Of a DNA stretch of 64,000 bases, positions 9,612 through 19,343 are shown piece by piece (positions within the stretch are counted from its first letter, which is position 1; each line of letters opens with the position of its first letter). The position numbers and the translations under genes were made by a program. Source of the DNA: a bacterium (GTDB taxonomy: Bacteria; Patescibacteriota; Minisyncoccia; Phycocordibacterales; Phycocordibacteraceae); NCBI GenBank assembly GCA_021849125.1, contig JAJZTG010000004.1, positions 1,025 through 65,024 of the forward strand, in the 5' to 3' direction. The notes below the pieces were generated by a model that saw only the letters and a list, made by a program, of their open reading frames with translations, was not told the DNA's origin and ran no database searches.

Positions 9612-11105
9612 TTATCGCGTTTTATGCACCCATTGCTGCTTGATACCTGGCTTAAAGTATAGCGGATCCTCATGCGGCCAAAAGACGAGTTTTGGTTCTG
9701 CGCGCTTGCCGATAAAATCGGAGAGCTCGCGGAACTCTGAGTTCTTTTCGCGCAAGCTCTTTACGATTTCAGCAAGCAGCTTCGCGGCAAGCGCGTTTGA
9801 TATCACTCTGCCCGGTTTCTTTTCGATATTGATCTCGATATATTGATCCTGCTGATCATCATATTTCGTAATGAGCGTAAGCTTTCCGGTCACTTCACTG
9901 TTGAATCGATTATCAAGCAGCACCTCCTTGATAGTCTCAGGATAGACTTGCAGGCCATAGAGGGTAGTCGCCAGGTCGATGCGTTCGAACACATAGACGA
10001 ACGGGAGTTCAAGAATTGTTTTGTCGACACCTGCCTTACGCGCCTCCTTTTTGAGATCAATGCCGTGTGCCTTGAAGCGCTCTATGAGCTCATCGAACGT
10101 GTAGACGCCGCCATGATCCCCTATCGAGTAACGCATGAGCGGTATCGCGCTGTCACCCGAGATGAGGATCTCTCCGTTTTGCGCCTCGAAGGATACGAAT
10201 TCCGGAATGTATTGCGCCAAAGTCGGCGTTTTCGTAATGCCGTCGAAAAGGTCTGCAAAGAGCTCCTTATGCTTCACCGCCAAGCGTCGCGCCAAGATCG
10301 AGAGCGGCGTCTCAAATGCCATAGTCCCCAAATCGGCGCTGCCATAGATATTTACGGTATCGGTAAGCGGATTCTTTATGCCGACGAGCTTCGCCAAGTG
10401 ATCGCGGAAATTCTCGGTAAAGGCTTCAGCGGCAAAGAGAAGCTTCACCGTGTGCTTTTTGAAAGAAATGCCTTGTGCTCGTGCGGCATCAATGACGTCT
10501 TTCAAGAAAGGCGGGTAGCCAGCGAGGATGAGCTGGTCGTACTGCGGCGCGATGTCCGTCAACGCTTTCAGTATCTCGTTCTTATTGATGCCAGGCGTAA
10601 GGATGGCAAGCGGATAGCCGCGACGACCCATGAGCTCGAAAGCCTGATAGGTGATAACCCCGCCGATCCACACGCCCATGCCGAAACAGACGATGACCAG
10701 CGTCGATTTCTCAGGCGAGAGCGAACTGTTCGAGAAGAACATCTCGTGGATGAGGGACGATTGGTTATCGACTGCCTGCGAGCGTGCGAAATACGTCGGG
10801 GTGCCGGTTGAGCCGGATGTCGAGGTGAGTACCTGTGACGAACGTGTCGTGCCATCCCAGAAAAGTTTTGAAAACGGGTTGCGGTGCAAATAGTTTTTCT
10901 TAGTGAGGATCGGCGCATTCGCAGGTGTCATCCCTGCGCGAAGCATCTTCCGATATGCTGGCACCTGCTTTGCCATGCGTTCAAAAAGCGTCGCTCTATG
11001 CTTCTTCTGTGCTCGTGTAAATGATGAGCTTGAGCGTTTACGCAGCCGGGCAATCTGCGAAGAAAACGGTAGACGACCATCCTTCATATTTCCTGACTGT
11101 ACCAT
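9612..11105 (-). CDS. PaaK/F390-synthetase-like adenylate-forming enzyme
   Basis: TSGSTGTPTYF AMP-binding P-loop variant typical of the phenylacetate-CoA ligase / LuxE / CapK clade; 497 aa. Confidence 0.7.
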   Translation of the reverse strand: MVQSGNMKDGRLPFSSQIARLRKRSSSSFTRAQKKHRATLFERMAKQVPAYRKMLRAGMTPANAPILTKKNYLHRNPFSKLFWDGTTRSSQVLTSTSGSTGTPTYFARSQAVDNQSSLIHEMFFSNSSLSPEKSTLVIVCFGMGVWIGGVITYQAFELMGRRGYPLAILTPGINKNEILKALTDIAPQYDQLILAGYPPFLKDVIDAARAQGISFKKHTVKLLFAAEAFTENFRDHLAKLVGIKNPLTDTVNIYGSADLGTMAFETPLSILARRLAVKHKELFADLFDGITKTPTLAQYIPEFVSFEAQNGEILISGDSAIPLMRYSIGDHGGVYTFDELIERFKAHGIDLKKEARKAGVDKTILELPFVYVFERIDLATTLYGLQVYPETIKEVLLDNRFNSEVTGKLTLITKYDDQQDQYIEINIEKKPGRVISNALAAKLLAEIVKSLREKNSEFRELSDFIGKRAEPKLVFWPHEDPLYFKPGIKQQWVHKTR

Positions 11106-11336
11106 AGGACTCCCTCACTAAATTTCATTTCCAGCCGAGTGCCGTAATTCCTTACTTGTCGATACTTATGCCTTAAATAGATCGCGGCAAGCTCATTGCC
11201 GTAGCGGTAGGTATTGAGAAATGACTATGCATCCCCATCGATTCCCGTTAGTTCCCCCTGTCTCTTTCTTCATGCCATTCTAAGTATGCACATAACCCTG
11301 GCTACATCGCCAATGTTGAGAGGTATGATTCAAATT

Positions 11337-11876
11337 ATGAATACCATACAAAATTCTTCCTTCGCAGCAGCGCGTTTCTTCTTTTCTGACACCCGAAGCG
11401 CCTCGTTCTGGCTTCTCGTCCGGCTCTATATCGGCTGGATCTGGCTTTCGGCCGGTTGGGAGAAAGCATCCAATCCTGCATGGTTCGGATCGGATGCCGG
11501 CGCATCGATCAACGGTTTCGTCTTGGGTGCGCTCGCGAAGACTACCGGCGCTCATCCTGATGTCCAAGGATGGTACGCTTCGTTCCTCATGCACGTGATG
11601 CTTCCCCACCCGATGGCGTGGGCAAACGCGATAACCCTCGGTGAAATCCTCGTCGGACTCGGTCTCATCGTCGGACTCTTCACCGCCGCAGCTGCATTCT
11701 TCGGTTTCTTCATGAATATGAATTTCTTGCTCGCGGGTACCGTAAGCGTGAACCCGGTCATGCTCCTTTGCGCTATCGGGCTCATGTGCGCGCACCGCGT
11801 CGCAGGCTACTGGGGTCTCGATCGTTTCGCAAAACGCTGGTACCGCAAGACGTCAGCAGGCCCTCTTACTTCATAA
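11337..11876 (+). CDS. DoxX-family membrane protein
   Basis: 4 TM helices and the DoxX-like FLLAG motif; start chosen at MNTIQNSS with upstream AGAGG. Confidence 0.65.
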   Translation: MNTIQNSSFAAARFFFSDTRSASFWLLVRLYIGWIWLSAGWEKASNPAWFGSDAGASINGFVLGALAKTTGAHPDVQGWYASFLMHVMLPHPMAWANAITLGEILVGLGLIVGLFTAAAAFFGFFMNMNFLLAGTVSVNPVMLLCAIGLMCAHRVAGYWGLDRFAKRWYRKTSAGPLTS

Positions 11877-11944
11877 AACACCCTCTGCTTGATCGATGGT
11901 GACCTGCCGCATCAAGCGGCACCTCTCTCTGCTATAGTTTCTAG

Positions 11945-13240
11945 ATGATGGAGCCTACGATACGAAATTCGGAAGCGCTCGCGAAAACAGAGTTACGTCG
12001 CGATGCGCTCGCTATCGCCGAAGCCGGGTTCGCTGCCGTACAGACGAGCACTGCTCTGCATCGCGAGCTCCGTGTCGAAGGCGAGACACTCCACATCGGC
12101 GAGCGTACGTACCCGATCGAAAACCGCCGCATCTACTTCGTCGGTATCGGTAAATGCGCGATCGATGCGGCGCACGAGATCGAAGAAGTGCTCGGTGATC
12201 GCCTCACGGCAGGCATCGCGCTCGATGTCTCCCCCATCGAGGAGCACAAGCTTCGCAAGATCGTCCCGTATATCGGCACGCATCCGCTCCCGAGCGAGAC
12301 GAACGAACGCGCGACCGAAAGCATCCTGGGACTTCTCGGCATGTGTGAAGAAAAGGACCTCGTCCTCATGCTCATCTCAGGCGGCGGCTCGACCTTGCTA
12401 TGCCTCCACGAAGATTCCAAGCTCTGTCTTAGCGAAGCTGTGCTTTTCTCCAGCCTTACGAAAGCTGGAGTCACGATCCAAGAGATGAATACGGTGCGTA
12501 AGCATATTTCGCCGGCACGCGGCGGCGGACTCGCGAAAGCAGCCTATCCGGCGGAAGTCATCGCGCTCATCGTCTCGGATGTGCCCGGGAACGATATCGT
12601 GCATGTCGCTTCCGGACCGACGATCCTCGACACTTCGACGATCGCTGACGCACAAGCTGTCCTTGACCGGCACCGGATCACCCTGCCCCAAGGCATCATC
12701 CTTGAGGAGACACCGAAGGAACCTAGGTATTTCGAACACGTAGCGAACGTCCTCTTCCTTTCAAATGAAGACGTCCTCCGTGCGATGCAAGAGGAAGGCG
12801 AGCGTCGTGGATATGCCGTAACCGTCGTCGATAACCGGATTACGGGAGAGGCGCGTGACGTGGGTCAACGCATCATCGCAAAGCTGCACGAGGCCCCGAC
12901 ACGATCGCTCCTCCTCTACGCAGGCGAGACGACCGTCACGCTCAGCGACGGGCACGGCAAAGGCGGGCGCAATCAGGAAATGGCGCTCGCGGCGCTCGAG
13001 ACTGTCGATGATGACGAACTCCTCCTCCCCTTCGCGTCCGACGGACACGATAACAGCGATTACGCGGGAGCTATCGCGGATACGACGACGTGCGTGCACG
13101 CCGAAGAGAAAGGTATCGTTCCTGCCGACTACCTCGCGGGGCATCGCTCATATGATTTCTTTTCCACGACTGGTGACGCTCTCGAAACCGGCTATACCGG
13201 CTCGAACGTGTCCGACCTTATCATCGCGATAAAACACTAG
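11945..13240 (+). CDS. Glycerate 2-kinase (MOFRL family)
   Basis: 431 aa; DUF4147/MOFRL-like N- and C-terminal domains (IYFVGIGKCAIDAA..., GGRNQEMALAAL). Confidence 0.8.
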   Translation: MMEPTIRNSEALAKTELRRDALAIAEAGFAAVQTSTALHRELRVEGETLHIGERTYPIENRRIYFVGIGKCAIDAAHEIEEVLGDRLTAGIALDVSPIEEHKLRKIVPYIGTHPLPSETNERATESILGLLGMCEEKDLVLMLISGGGSTLLCLHEDSKLCLSEAVLFSSLTKAGVTIQEMNTVRKHISPARGGGLAKAAYPAEVIALIVSDVPGNDIVHVASGPTILDTSTIADAQAVLDRHRITLPQGIILEETPKEPRYFEHVANVLFLSNEDVLRAMQEEGERRGYAVTVVDNRITGEARDVGQRIIAKLHEAPTRSLLLYAGETTVTLSDGHGKGGRNQEMALAALETVDDDELLLPFASDGHDNSDYAGAIADTTTCVHAEEKGIVPADYLAGHRSYDFFSTTGDALETGYTGSNVSDLIIAIKH

Positions 13241-13244
13241 CACC

Positions 13245-15665
13245 ATGAACGATCCTTTCATCCTTTGGTTCGAAGACGTAAGCATGGACAATGTCAGACA
13301 GGTCGGCGGCAAGAACGCTTCCCTGGGCGAGCTCATCCGTGCGGTCGAGCCCAAAGGGGTCCGTATCCCGCACGGCTTCGCCGTTACCGCTGCGGCGTAT
13401 CAGCACTACCTCAAAGAGACCGGGCTCGCCATTTTCATAAAACAGACGCTCAAAGGGCTCGATACCAAGGACCTGAAAGCGCTCGCGGCGGCGGGATCAG
13501 CGATCCGCAAGAAGATGCGCGCGACCGCGCTCCCGAAAGATCTCGAGAAAGAGATCCGTAAAGCCTACGCGAAGATGGAAAAGAAATACGGTGCGAGCAC
13601 GGATGTCGCCGTACGCTCCAGCGCGACCGCAGAAGACCTGCCGGGTGCGTCATTCGCCGGAGAGCAAGAGACCTACCTCAACATCCGCGGCGCTGATGAT
13701 GTCGTACGTGCCGCTATCTGGACGATGGCCTCCCTCTTCACCGACCGCGCGATCTCCTACCGCGCGCACCGTGGCTTCGATCATATGAAGGTCTCGCTCT
13801 CGGTGGGCGTGCAGAAGATGGTACGGAGCGACAAAGGCGCTTCGGGTGTCATGTTCACCGTCGACACCGACAGCGGCTTCAAGGACGTCGTAGTGGTGAA
13901 CGCGACCTACGGCCTCGGCGAGATGATCGTCCAAGGCCGCGTGACGCCGGACGAATACCTCGTATCGAAATCCCGGATCGGTGCTGTAAAGGATCCTATC
14001 ATCTCTAAGAAGATCGGTACGAATGAAAAGAAGATGGTATATGACACCGGCAAGAAAGCGGTGCAACAGACGAAGGTGGTTCCGGTAAGTGACGCTGACC
14101 AGAAACGCTTCGTCCTAAGGGATGAGGAGATCGTCACGATGGCGACATGGGGTGCGCTCATCGAGGAGCACTACAGCGCCCGCGCGAAGAAGTGGACGCC
14201 GATGGATATGGAGTGGGCAAAAGACGGCATCTCGGGAGAGCTCTTCATCGTGCAGGCACGCCCCGAAACCGTGCAGGCAGGCCGCGACTTCACCAAACTC
14301 ACGGAATACAAGGTAACAGGGGCGGGAAAAGAGCTCTTGCACGGCATCTCGGTCGGCTCGAAAGCAGTCTCTGGCAAGGCGCACGTCATCCTTTCTCCTA
14401 AAGAAATAAAGAAGTTCCGGAAGGGCGAGGTGCTCGTCACGACGATGACCGATCCGGACTGGGAGCCGATCATGAAGATGGCAAGTGCGATCGTGACCGA
14501 CCAGGGCGGCCGCACCTCGCACGCGGCGATCGTTTCCCGCGAGCTCGGCCTCCCTGCGATCGTGGGCTCCGGTAATGCGACCAAACTGCTTAAGACCGGG
14601 ATGGTGGTCACCGTCGACACCACCGGAAGCGAAGGTGTCGTCACTGAAGGACGAGCGAAGAAGATCGAGATGCGCGAACACCACCTCGGTGCGCTTCCCG
14701 CGACCAAGACCAAGATCATGGTGAACATCGCATCGCCAGGTATCGCCTTCGAGAACTCGTTCCTCCCGGTCGCGGGCGTAGGACTCGCCCGCGAGGAGTT
14801 CATCATCGCGTCCGAGATCGGCGTCCACCCGCTCGCCCTCCTGAATCTGAAGAAACAGAAGCCCGGGGTGAAGAAAGAGATCGCCAAGCGCATGCGGGGC
14901 TGGGAGAATCCGGTCGAGTATTACGTCGACAACCTCGCTTACGGCATCGCGAAGATCGCTGCAGCGTTTTCGCCGCGTCCGGTCATCGTCCGCTTCTCTG
15001 ATTTCAAGACCAACGAATACTCGACGCTCCTCGGCGGCGAGGCTTATGAGCCGAAGGAGGAAAACCCGATGCTCGGCTGGCGTGGCGCTTCCCGCTACTA
15101 CGACCCGAAGTTCAGGGACGCGTTCATACTTGAGGTACGCGCGGTCAAGAAAGTGCGTGAGGAGATGAGGCTCGATAACGTGATCCCCATGATCCCCTTC
15201 TGCCGTACGACCCGCGAAGCTGAGCAGGTGCTCTCGGTCATGAAAGAACACGGCCTCGTACCGAAGTCGCTTGCAGGCAAAGGCGAGAAGACGACGCCGG
15301 TCTACATGATGTGCGAGATCCCCTCGAACGTGCTTCTCGCCGAAGAATTCCTCGACCTCGTAGACGGCATGTCCATCGGCTCAAACGACCTGACCCAGCT
15401 CACCCTGGGGCTCGATCGCGATTCAGGCATCGTGACCCATATCGGCAACGAGAATGACGAAGCGGTGCGCGCACTCATAAGCCAGGTGGTACGGAAATGC
15501 GCCGCACGCGGGAAGTATCTGGGCATCTGCGGCCAAGGACCGTCCGACCTTCCCGACTTCGCGGAATTCCTCGTCGAGGAAGGCCTCCCGAGCATGTCGC
15601 TCAACCCCGACTCGGTCATAAAGACGATCGAGCACGTCGCCGAGATTGAGGAAGCTAAAAGATAA
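13245..15665 (+). CDS. ppsA: Phosphoenolpyruvate synthase (pyruvate, water dikinase)
   Basis: 806 aa; PEP-utilising enzyme mobile domain (GGRTSHAAIVSRELGLPAIVG) and C-terminal TIM-barrel domain. Confidence 0.9.
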   Translation: MNDPFILWFEDVSMDNVRQVGGKNASLGELIRAVEPKGVRIPHGFAVTAAAYQHYLKETGLAIFIKQTLKGLDTKDLKALAAAGSAIRKKMRATALPKDLEKEIRKAYAKMEKKYGASTDVAVRSSATAEDLPGASFAGEQETYLNIRGADDVVRAAIWTMASLFTDRAISYRAHRGFDHMKVSLSVGVQKMVRSDKGASGVMFTVDTDSGFKDVVVVNATYGLGEMIVQGRVTPDEYLVSKSRIGAVKDPIISKKIGTNEKKMVYDTGKKAVQQTKVVPVSDADQKRFVLRDEEIVTMATWGALIEEHYSARAKKWTPMDMEWAKDGISGELFIVQARPETVQAGRDFTKLTEYKVTGAGKELLHGISVGSKAVSGKAHVILSPKEIKKFRKGEVLVTTMTDPDWEPIMKMASAIVTDQGGRTSHAAIVSRELGLPAIVGSGNATKLLKTGMVVTVDTTGSEGVVTEGRAKKIEMREHHLGALPATKTKIMVNIASPGIAFENSFLPVAGVGLAREEFIIASEIGVHPLALLNLKKQKPGVKKEIAKRMRGWENPVEYYVDNLAYGIAKIAAAFSPRPVIVRFSDFKTNEYSTLLGGEAYEPKEENPMLGWRGASRYYDPKFRDAFILEVRAVKKVREEMRLDNVIPMIPFCRTTREAEQVLSVMKEHGLVPKSLAGKGEKTTPVYMMCEIPSNVLLAEEFLDLVDGMSIGSNDLTQLTLGLDRDSGIVTHIGNENDEAVRALISQVVRKCAARGKYLGICGQGPSDLPDFAEFLVEEGLPSMSLNPDSVIKTIEHVAEIEEAKR

Positions 15666-15669
15666 CACC

Positions 15670-16914
15670 ATGAACATCACTTCCGTTTCCGCAACACAGA
15701 TTGTCGACACACGCGGGAAACCGACGATCGAAACGACGCTTCGCGCAGGCGACCTCACCGCGACCGCATCGGTCCCTTCCGGCAAATCGACCGGCTCACA
15801 TGAAGCGCTTGAGCTGCGCGACCCGGATGGTGGAGTGCAGACCGCGATCAGTAATGTAGAAGGTGAGATCGCGACGCTCCTTACGAGCCGCGACTGGAAC
15901 ACTCCCGATGAGATCGACGAGGCGATGATCGCACTCGATGGCACTCCGAACAAGTCGCGCTTGGGCGCAAACGCGATCCTTTCCGTCTCGATCGCAGCAC
16001 AACGCCTCTTTGCTCTCGCCGAAGGCATTCCCCTCTGGAAAGCCATCAGCGCACGCGCTGGTCTTACGCCGGGGAACCCTCGCCTTTACCTCAACTTCAT
16101 GAACGGTGGCGTGCATGCCCCCACACCAACTTCAACATCGCACGGGAAAGGCACTGAAAATACGGACTCAAAGTTGGTGTGGGGGCTCCCCTTCCAGGAA
16201 TACATCCTCGTGGTCGAGGGCAAGACGAGCAGCGCACTCCCGATCGCAGAGGAAGCATTCGAGATGCTCGGCAAGCGTTTGGGCAATGTGCCGATGGGAG
16301 ACGAGGGCGGCTACGCGCCTTCCTTTGAGAAACTCGACGAGCCTTTCGAACTGCTCGACGAGCTCGTAAGCGAGTTCCCCGGCACCTCGATCGCGATCGA
16401 CGCCGCCGCGACCGAACTTCGCGATGGAGACGGCTATGCGCTCCTTGGTACCCATTACACTCCCGAAGAACTTACTACCATATATGGTAGTATCGTTGAT
16501 CGCTTTCCGATACATAGCATCGAAGATCCGTTCGCAGAAGATTCGTATTCCGATTTTGTACGTCTTACAGCCGAAATCGGTAACCGAACCATAGTAATCG
16601 GTGACGACTTTACGGTGACGAATCCAGAGCGCATCGACGAAGCGCTCACCGAGCACGCGATAAATGGCGTCCTCATAAAGCCCAACCAGATCGGTACGGT
16701 CGGCGAAGCCATCAAGGCGGTGCAGATGACCCACGAAGCTGGCTGGGCGACCGTCTGCTCGCACCGCTCCGGCGAGACCGATGATACCTTCATCGCCGAT
16801 TTCGCCTACGGCGTGGGAGCGCACGGCATCAAAGCCGGTGGCCTCGGCCAGAAGGAGCGCCGAGAGAAGTACATGCGTCTGCTTGAGATAGAGCACGAGG
16901 CGGGAATGGAGTAG
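15670..16914 (+). CDS. eno: Enolase (with ~20-aa loop insertion after the NGG motif)
   Basis: IVDTRGKPTIE, SGKSTGSHEALELRD, DEGGYAP, SHRSGETDD motifs; start set at MNITS just after the ppsA stop. Confidence 0.9.
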   Translation: MNITSVSATQIVDTRGKPTIETTLRAGDLTATASVPSGKSTGSHEALELRDPDGGVQTAISNVEGEIATLLTSRDWNTPDEIDEAMIALDGTPNKSRLGANAILSVSIAAQRLFALAEGIPLWKAISARAGLTPGNPRLYLNFMNGGVHAPTPTSTSHGKGTENTDSKLVWGLPFQEYILVVEGKTSSALPIAEEAFEMLGKRLGNVPMGDEGGYAPSFEKLDEPFELLDELVSEFPGTSIAIDAAATELRDGDGYALLGTHYTPEELTTIYGSIVDRFPIHSIEDPFAEDSYSDFVRLTAEIGNRTIVIGDDFTVTNPERIDEALTEHAINGVLIKPNQIGTVGEAIKAVQMTHEAGWATVCSHRSGETDDTFIADFAYGVGAHGIKAGGLGQKERREKYMRLLEIEHEAGME

Positions 16915-16925
16915 AATGGGCGTAT

Positions 16926-17927
16926 ATGAAAATACAGTATTTTGCGAGCGAGGATTGGGAGAAGGAGTATGTTGCTGGCAAGCTTGCCGGCAATGAGGTC
17001 GTCTTTAACGATGGCCCGCTCTCCAATTTCCCCGACCTTACGGATAACGCCGCTGAAGCGCTCTGCATCTTTATCGACTCGAAGATCGGTGCCGAGGAAC
17101 TCGACCGCTTCCCTGCTGTAAAGCTCATCGCGACCCGGTCAACAGGCTTCGATCATATCGACCTTGAAGCGACGAAGGCGCGCGGCATCACCGTCACGAC
17201 CGTCCCCTTCTACGGGGAGAACACGGTCGCTGAGTTCGCATTCGCGCTCCTCCTCGCGCTTTCCCGCCGTATTCCCGAGGCAAGCGAGATCGTGAAGCGC
17301 GGCGGCTTCTCCCCTACCGGCCTGCGCGGCTTCGATCTCTCCGGCAAGACGATGGGTATCGTCGGCTGCGGCCACATCGGCATGCACATGATCAAGATGG
17401 CTAACGGCTTCGGCATGAAAGTCCTCGGCTTCGATGTCCACCCCGACCCTGAAGTAGCCAAGGCGAACGACTTCTCGTATGCCTCGCTTCCCGAGCTTTT
17501 CGCCCAGTCCGATGTGATCTCGCTCCACGTCCCCTATAACCCGCACACGCACCACCTCATCAACAAGGAGAACGTGGGCTCGATCAAGAAAGGCGCCTAT
17601 CTCATCAACACTTCCCGCGGAGCCGTCGTCGAGACGGAAGCGCTCGTCGAAGCGCTCAAGAACGGCACGCTGGCTGGCGCAGGTCTCGATGTCCTCGAGG
17701 AAGAGGGCGATATGGCCGACGAAACGGCGCTTCTCGTACAGCCGCATCCCAATGAGGACGCGCTCAAGATCGCGCTTGCCAACCACTACATCATCGACCA
17801 CCCGCGTGTCATCGTGACTCCGCATGCCGCTTTCAACACGACCGAAGCCATAACGCGTATTCTCGATACGACGATCGACAACATCACAGCGTTTGCAACT
17901 GGTGCGCCGCAAAATGCGCTCGCCTGA
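16926..17927 (+). CDS. D-isomer-specific 2-hydroxyacid dehydrogenase (D-lactate / glycerate dehydrogenase-like)
   Basis: NAD-binding GIVGCGHIGMHM and catalytic R/E/H pattern; 333 aa. Confidence 0.85.
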   Translation: MKIQYFASEDWEKEYVAGKLAGNEVVFNDGPLSNFPDLTDNAAEALCIFIDSKIGAEELDRFPAVKLIATRSTGFDHIDLEATKARGITVTTVPFYGENTVAEFAFALLLALSRRIPEASEIVKRGGFSPTGLRGFDLSGKTMGIVGCGHIGMHMIKMANGFGMKVLGFDVHPDPEVAKANDFSYASLPELFAQSDVISLHVPYNPHTHHLINKENVGSIKKGAYLINTSRGAVVETEALVEALKNGTLAGAGLDVLEEEGDMADETALLVQPHPNEDALKIALANHYIIDHPRVIVTPHAAFNTTEAITRILDTTIDNITAFATGAPQNALA

Positions 17928-17988
17928 TCGGCCCGCTTGGGCGAAAACTAAAAAGGACCCCAGTCTCGATTATTATCCACCGACATCA

Positions 17989-18019
17989 GAAAAATCGCGA
18001 CATTTGTCGCGATTTTTCT
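17989..18019. terminator. Bidirectional rho-independent terminator between convergent genes
   Basis: aaaaatcgcgaca/tgtcgcgattttt perfect hairpin flanked by A- and T-tracts. Confidence 0.55.
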
Positions 18020-18032
18020 TCATGTTCAGGAT

Positions 18033-18290
18033 TTAAGATTCAAGCACTTTCTTTCTCTCTTCGAACTCGTGCTTATCGATCTCTCCCTTTGCATAGCGCT
18101 CTCTGAGAAGCTCGAGCGAGGAGCCGCCACGAAATGCATGGCAGCGCCACATCGGCTTGCCGCGCAGTACGCGAACGAGAACGTTTATGAGCACGATCGC
18201 GACGACGATCCAAAATATCGCGTGCAACACCCCGAAAGACCCGCAACCACCGTATCCCATCATCGGATACCCATAGCCATATCCCAACAT
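18033..18290 (-). CDS. SHOCT-domain small membrane protein
   Basis: Gly/Tyr-rich N-terminus, one TM helix, C-terminal LLRERYAKGEIDKHEFEERKKVL SHOCT motif. Confidence 0.7.
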   Translation of the reverse strand: MLGYGYGYPMMGYGGCGSFGVLHAIFWIVVAIVLINVLVRVLRGKPMWRCHAFRGGSSLELLRERYAKGEIDKHEFEERKKVLES

Positions 18291-18380
18291 AGACAGTATT
18301 GCTTAAAAGCTTGTAACAATCTCAGTATACCACCGGCACGCAATCTTCTGTCGCGAGCGGGTCTGTGGTAGGCTGTCCTT

Positions 18381-18707
18381 ATGTTTGGCTTCTCTTTCGG
18401 TCCGAAGACCGTTTCTGCCGCTGACGCGCACGAGCGCATGAAGCAAGACGGCTGCGTCCTCGTCGACGTACGCTCTCGCGAAGAGGTGCGTCAGCTCGGC
18501 ATACCAGGTGCTCTCAATATCCCGCTTGAAACGCTTGAGAACCGGGCTCCTGAGCTTTCCGGCTACGAGACGGTGTACGTCATCTGCCGTTCGGGGGGCC
18601 GAAGCGCGATGGCGACGAATCTCCTCCACTCGCTCGGCATTACCCAAGCAGAGAATGTCGCCGGCGGCATCATCGCCTGGCAGGCTGCCAAGCTTCCGCT
18701 AGCGTAA
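18381..18707 (+). CDS. Rhodanese-domain sulfurtransferase
   Basis: Active-site loop CRSGGRS; 108 aa single rhodanese domain. Confidence 0.85.
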   Translation: MFGFSFGPKTVSAADAHERMKQDGCVLVDVRSREEVRQLGIPGALNIPLETLENRAPELSGYETVYVICRSGGRSAMATNLLHSLGITQAENVAGGIIAWQAAKLPLA

Positions 18708-18730
18708 GCCTTTTGCATATAAACAACGAA

Positions 18731-18762
18731 CCTCCTGCAGGATTGCAGGAGGTCTTTATTTG
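18731..18762 (+). terminator. Rho-independent terminator after the rhodanese gene
   Basis: cctcctgcag/ctgcaggagg hairpin followed by TCTTTATTT. Confidence 0.6.
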
Positions 18763-18773
18763 AAAGAACGCAT

Positions 18774-19343
18774 TCAACTCGTTACCACTCGGCGGCAAAT
18801 GAGCAGTCGGCGAGAAGCCGACCATTTCGGTTTCGCGAGCGGCGCCGGAACATCCACATGCCATACGCCCTGACGGTCGCGATAGATTGACCCGAAGACA
18901 ACCGGGCATTTCTCGTCTCCTGTCTCGAATGGGAATAAGACGCCCCATTCAGGATCAACATCAAGCTGTTCCCCTTGCCCGTTCCGCAAAGCGTCTGCAA
19001 ATTTCTCCGCCTGATGCAGCGTGAGCGTGTACCTTCCCTTGATAAGCAGGATGCCCAGATTTTTCTTACTCAGATCATCTGGGAAGGTTCCCAATACCCC
19101 CGAAACGGCTCGTTCGGTATCCCAGTTCTGCGGGAAGCCGCAAACCTTGATCGAGGCTGGAAGCATTGCCGGTTGCCTGAGCCGCGCATACTTCCGAAGG
19201 TCGGGGTCTGTGCTGTATTGGATAAAGCACTTACTGGTGTCCACCGCCTCGAGCCCGCCGATATGAAACTCGGCGAGAACCGAACAGGTCAGTGGCTCAT
19301 TCGTCCCTTGCCGGGGCGCACTTGGAGAAGCAAGTACCGTCAT
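18774..19343 (-). CDS. Hypothetical protein
   Basis: 189-aa ORF with no recognisable motifs; start uncertain. Confidence 0.35.
   Translation of the reverse strand: MTVLASPSAPRQGTNEPLTCSVLAEFHIGGLEAVDTSKCFIQYSTDPDLRKYARLRQPAMLPASIKVCGFPQNWDTERAVSGVLGTFPDDLSKKNLGILLIKGRYTLTLHQAEKFADALRNGQGEQLDVDPEWGVLFPFETGDEKCPVVFGSIYRDRQGVWHVDVPAPLAKPKWSASRRLLICRRVVTS

Noticed and set aside
9843-10811. 322-aa plus-strand ORF
   Set aside because: Antisense to the PaaK-like gene; no motifs.
14115-15251. 378-aa and 240-aa ORFs antisense to ppsA
   Set aside because: Fully embedded in the well-supported ppsA gene on the opposite strand; low-complexity R/D/E-rich translation.
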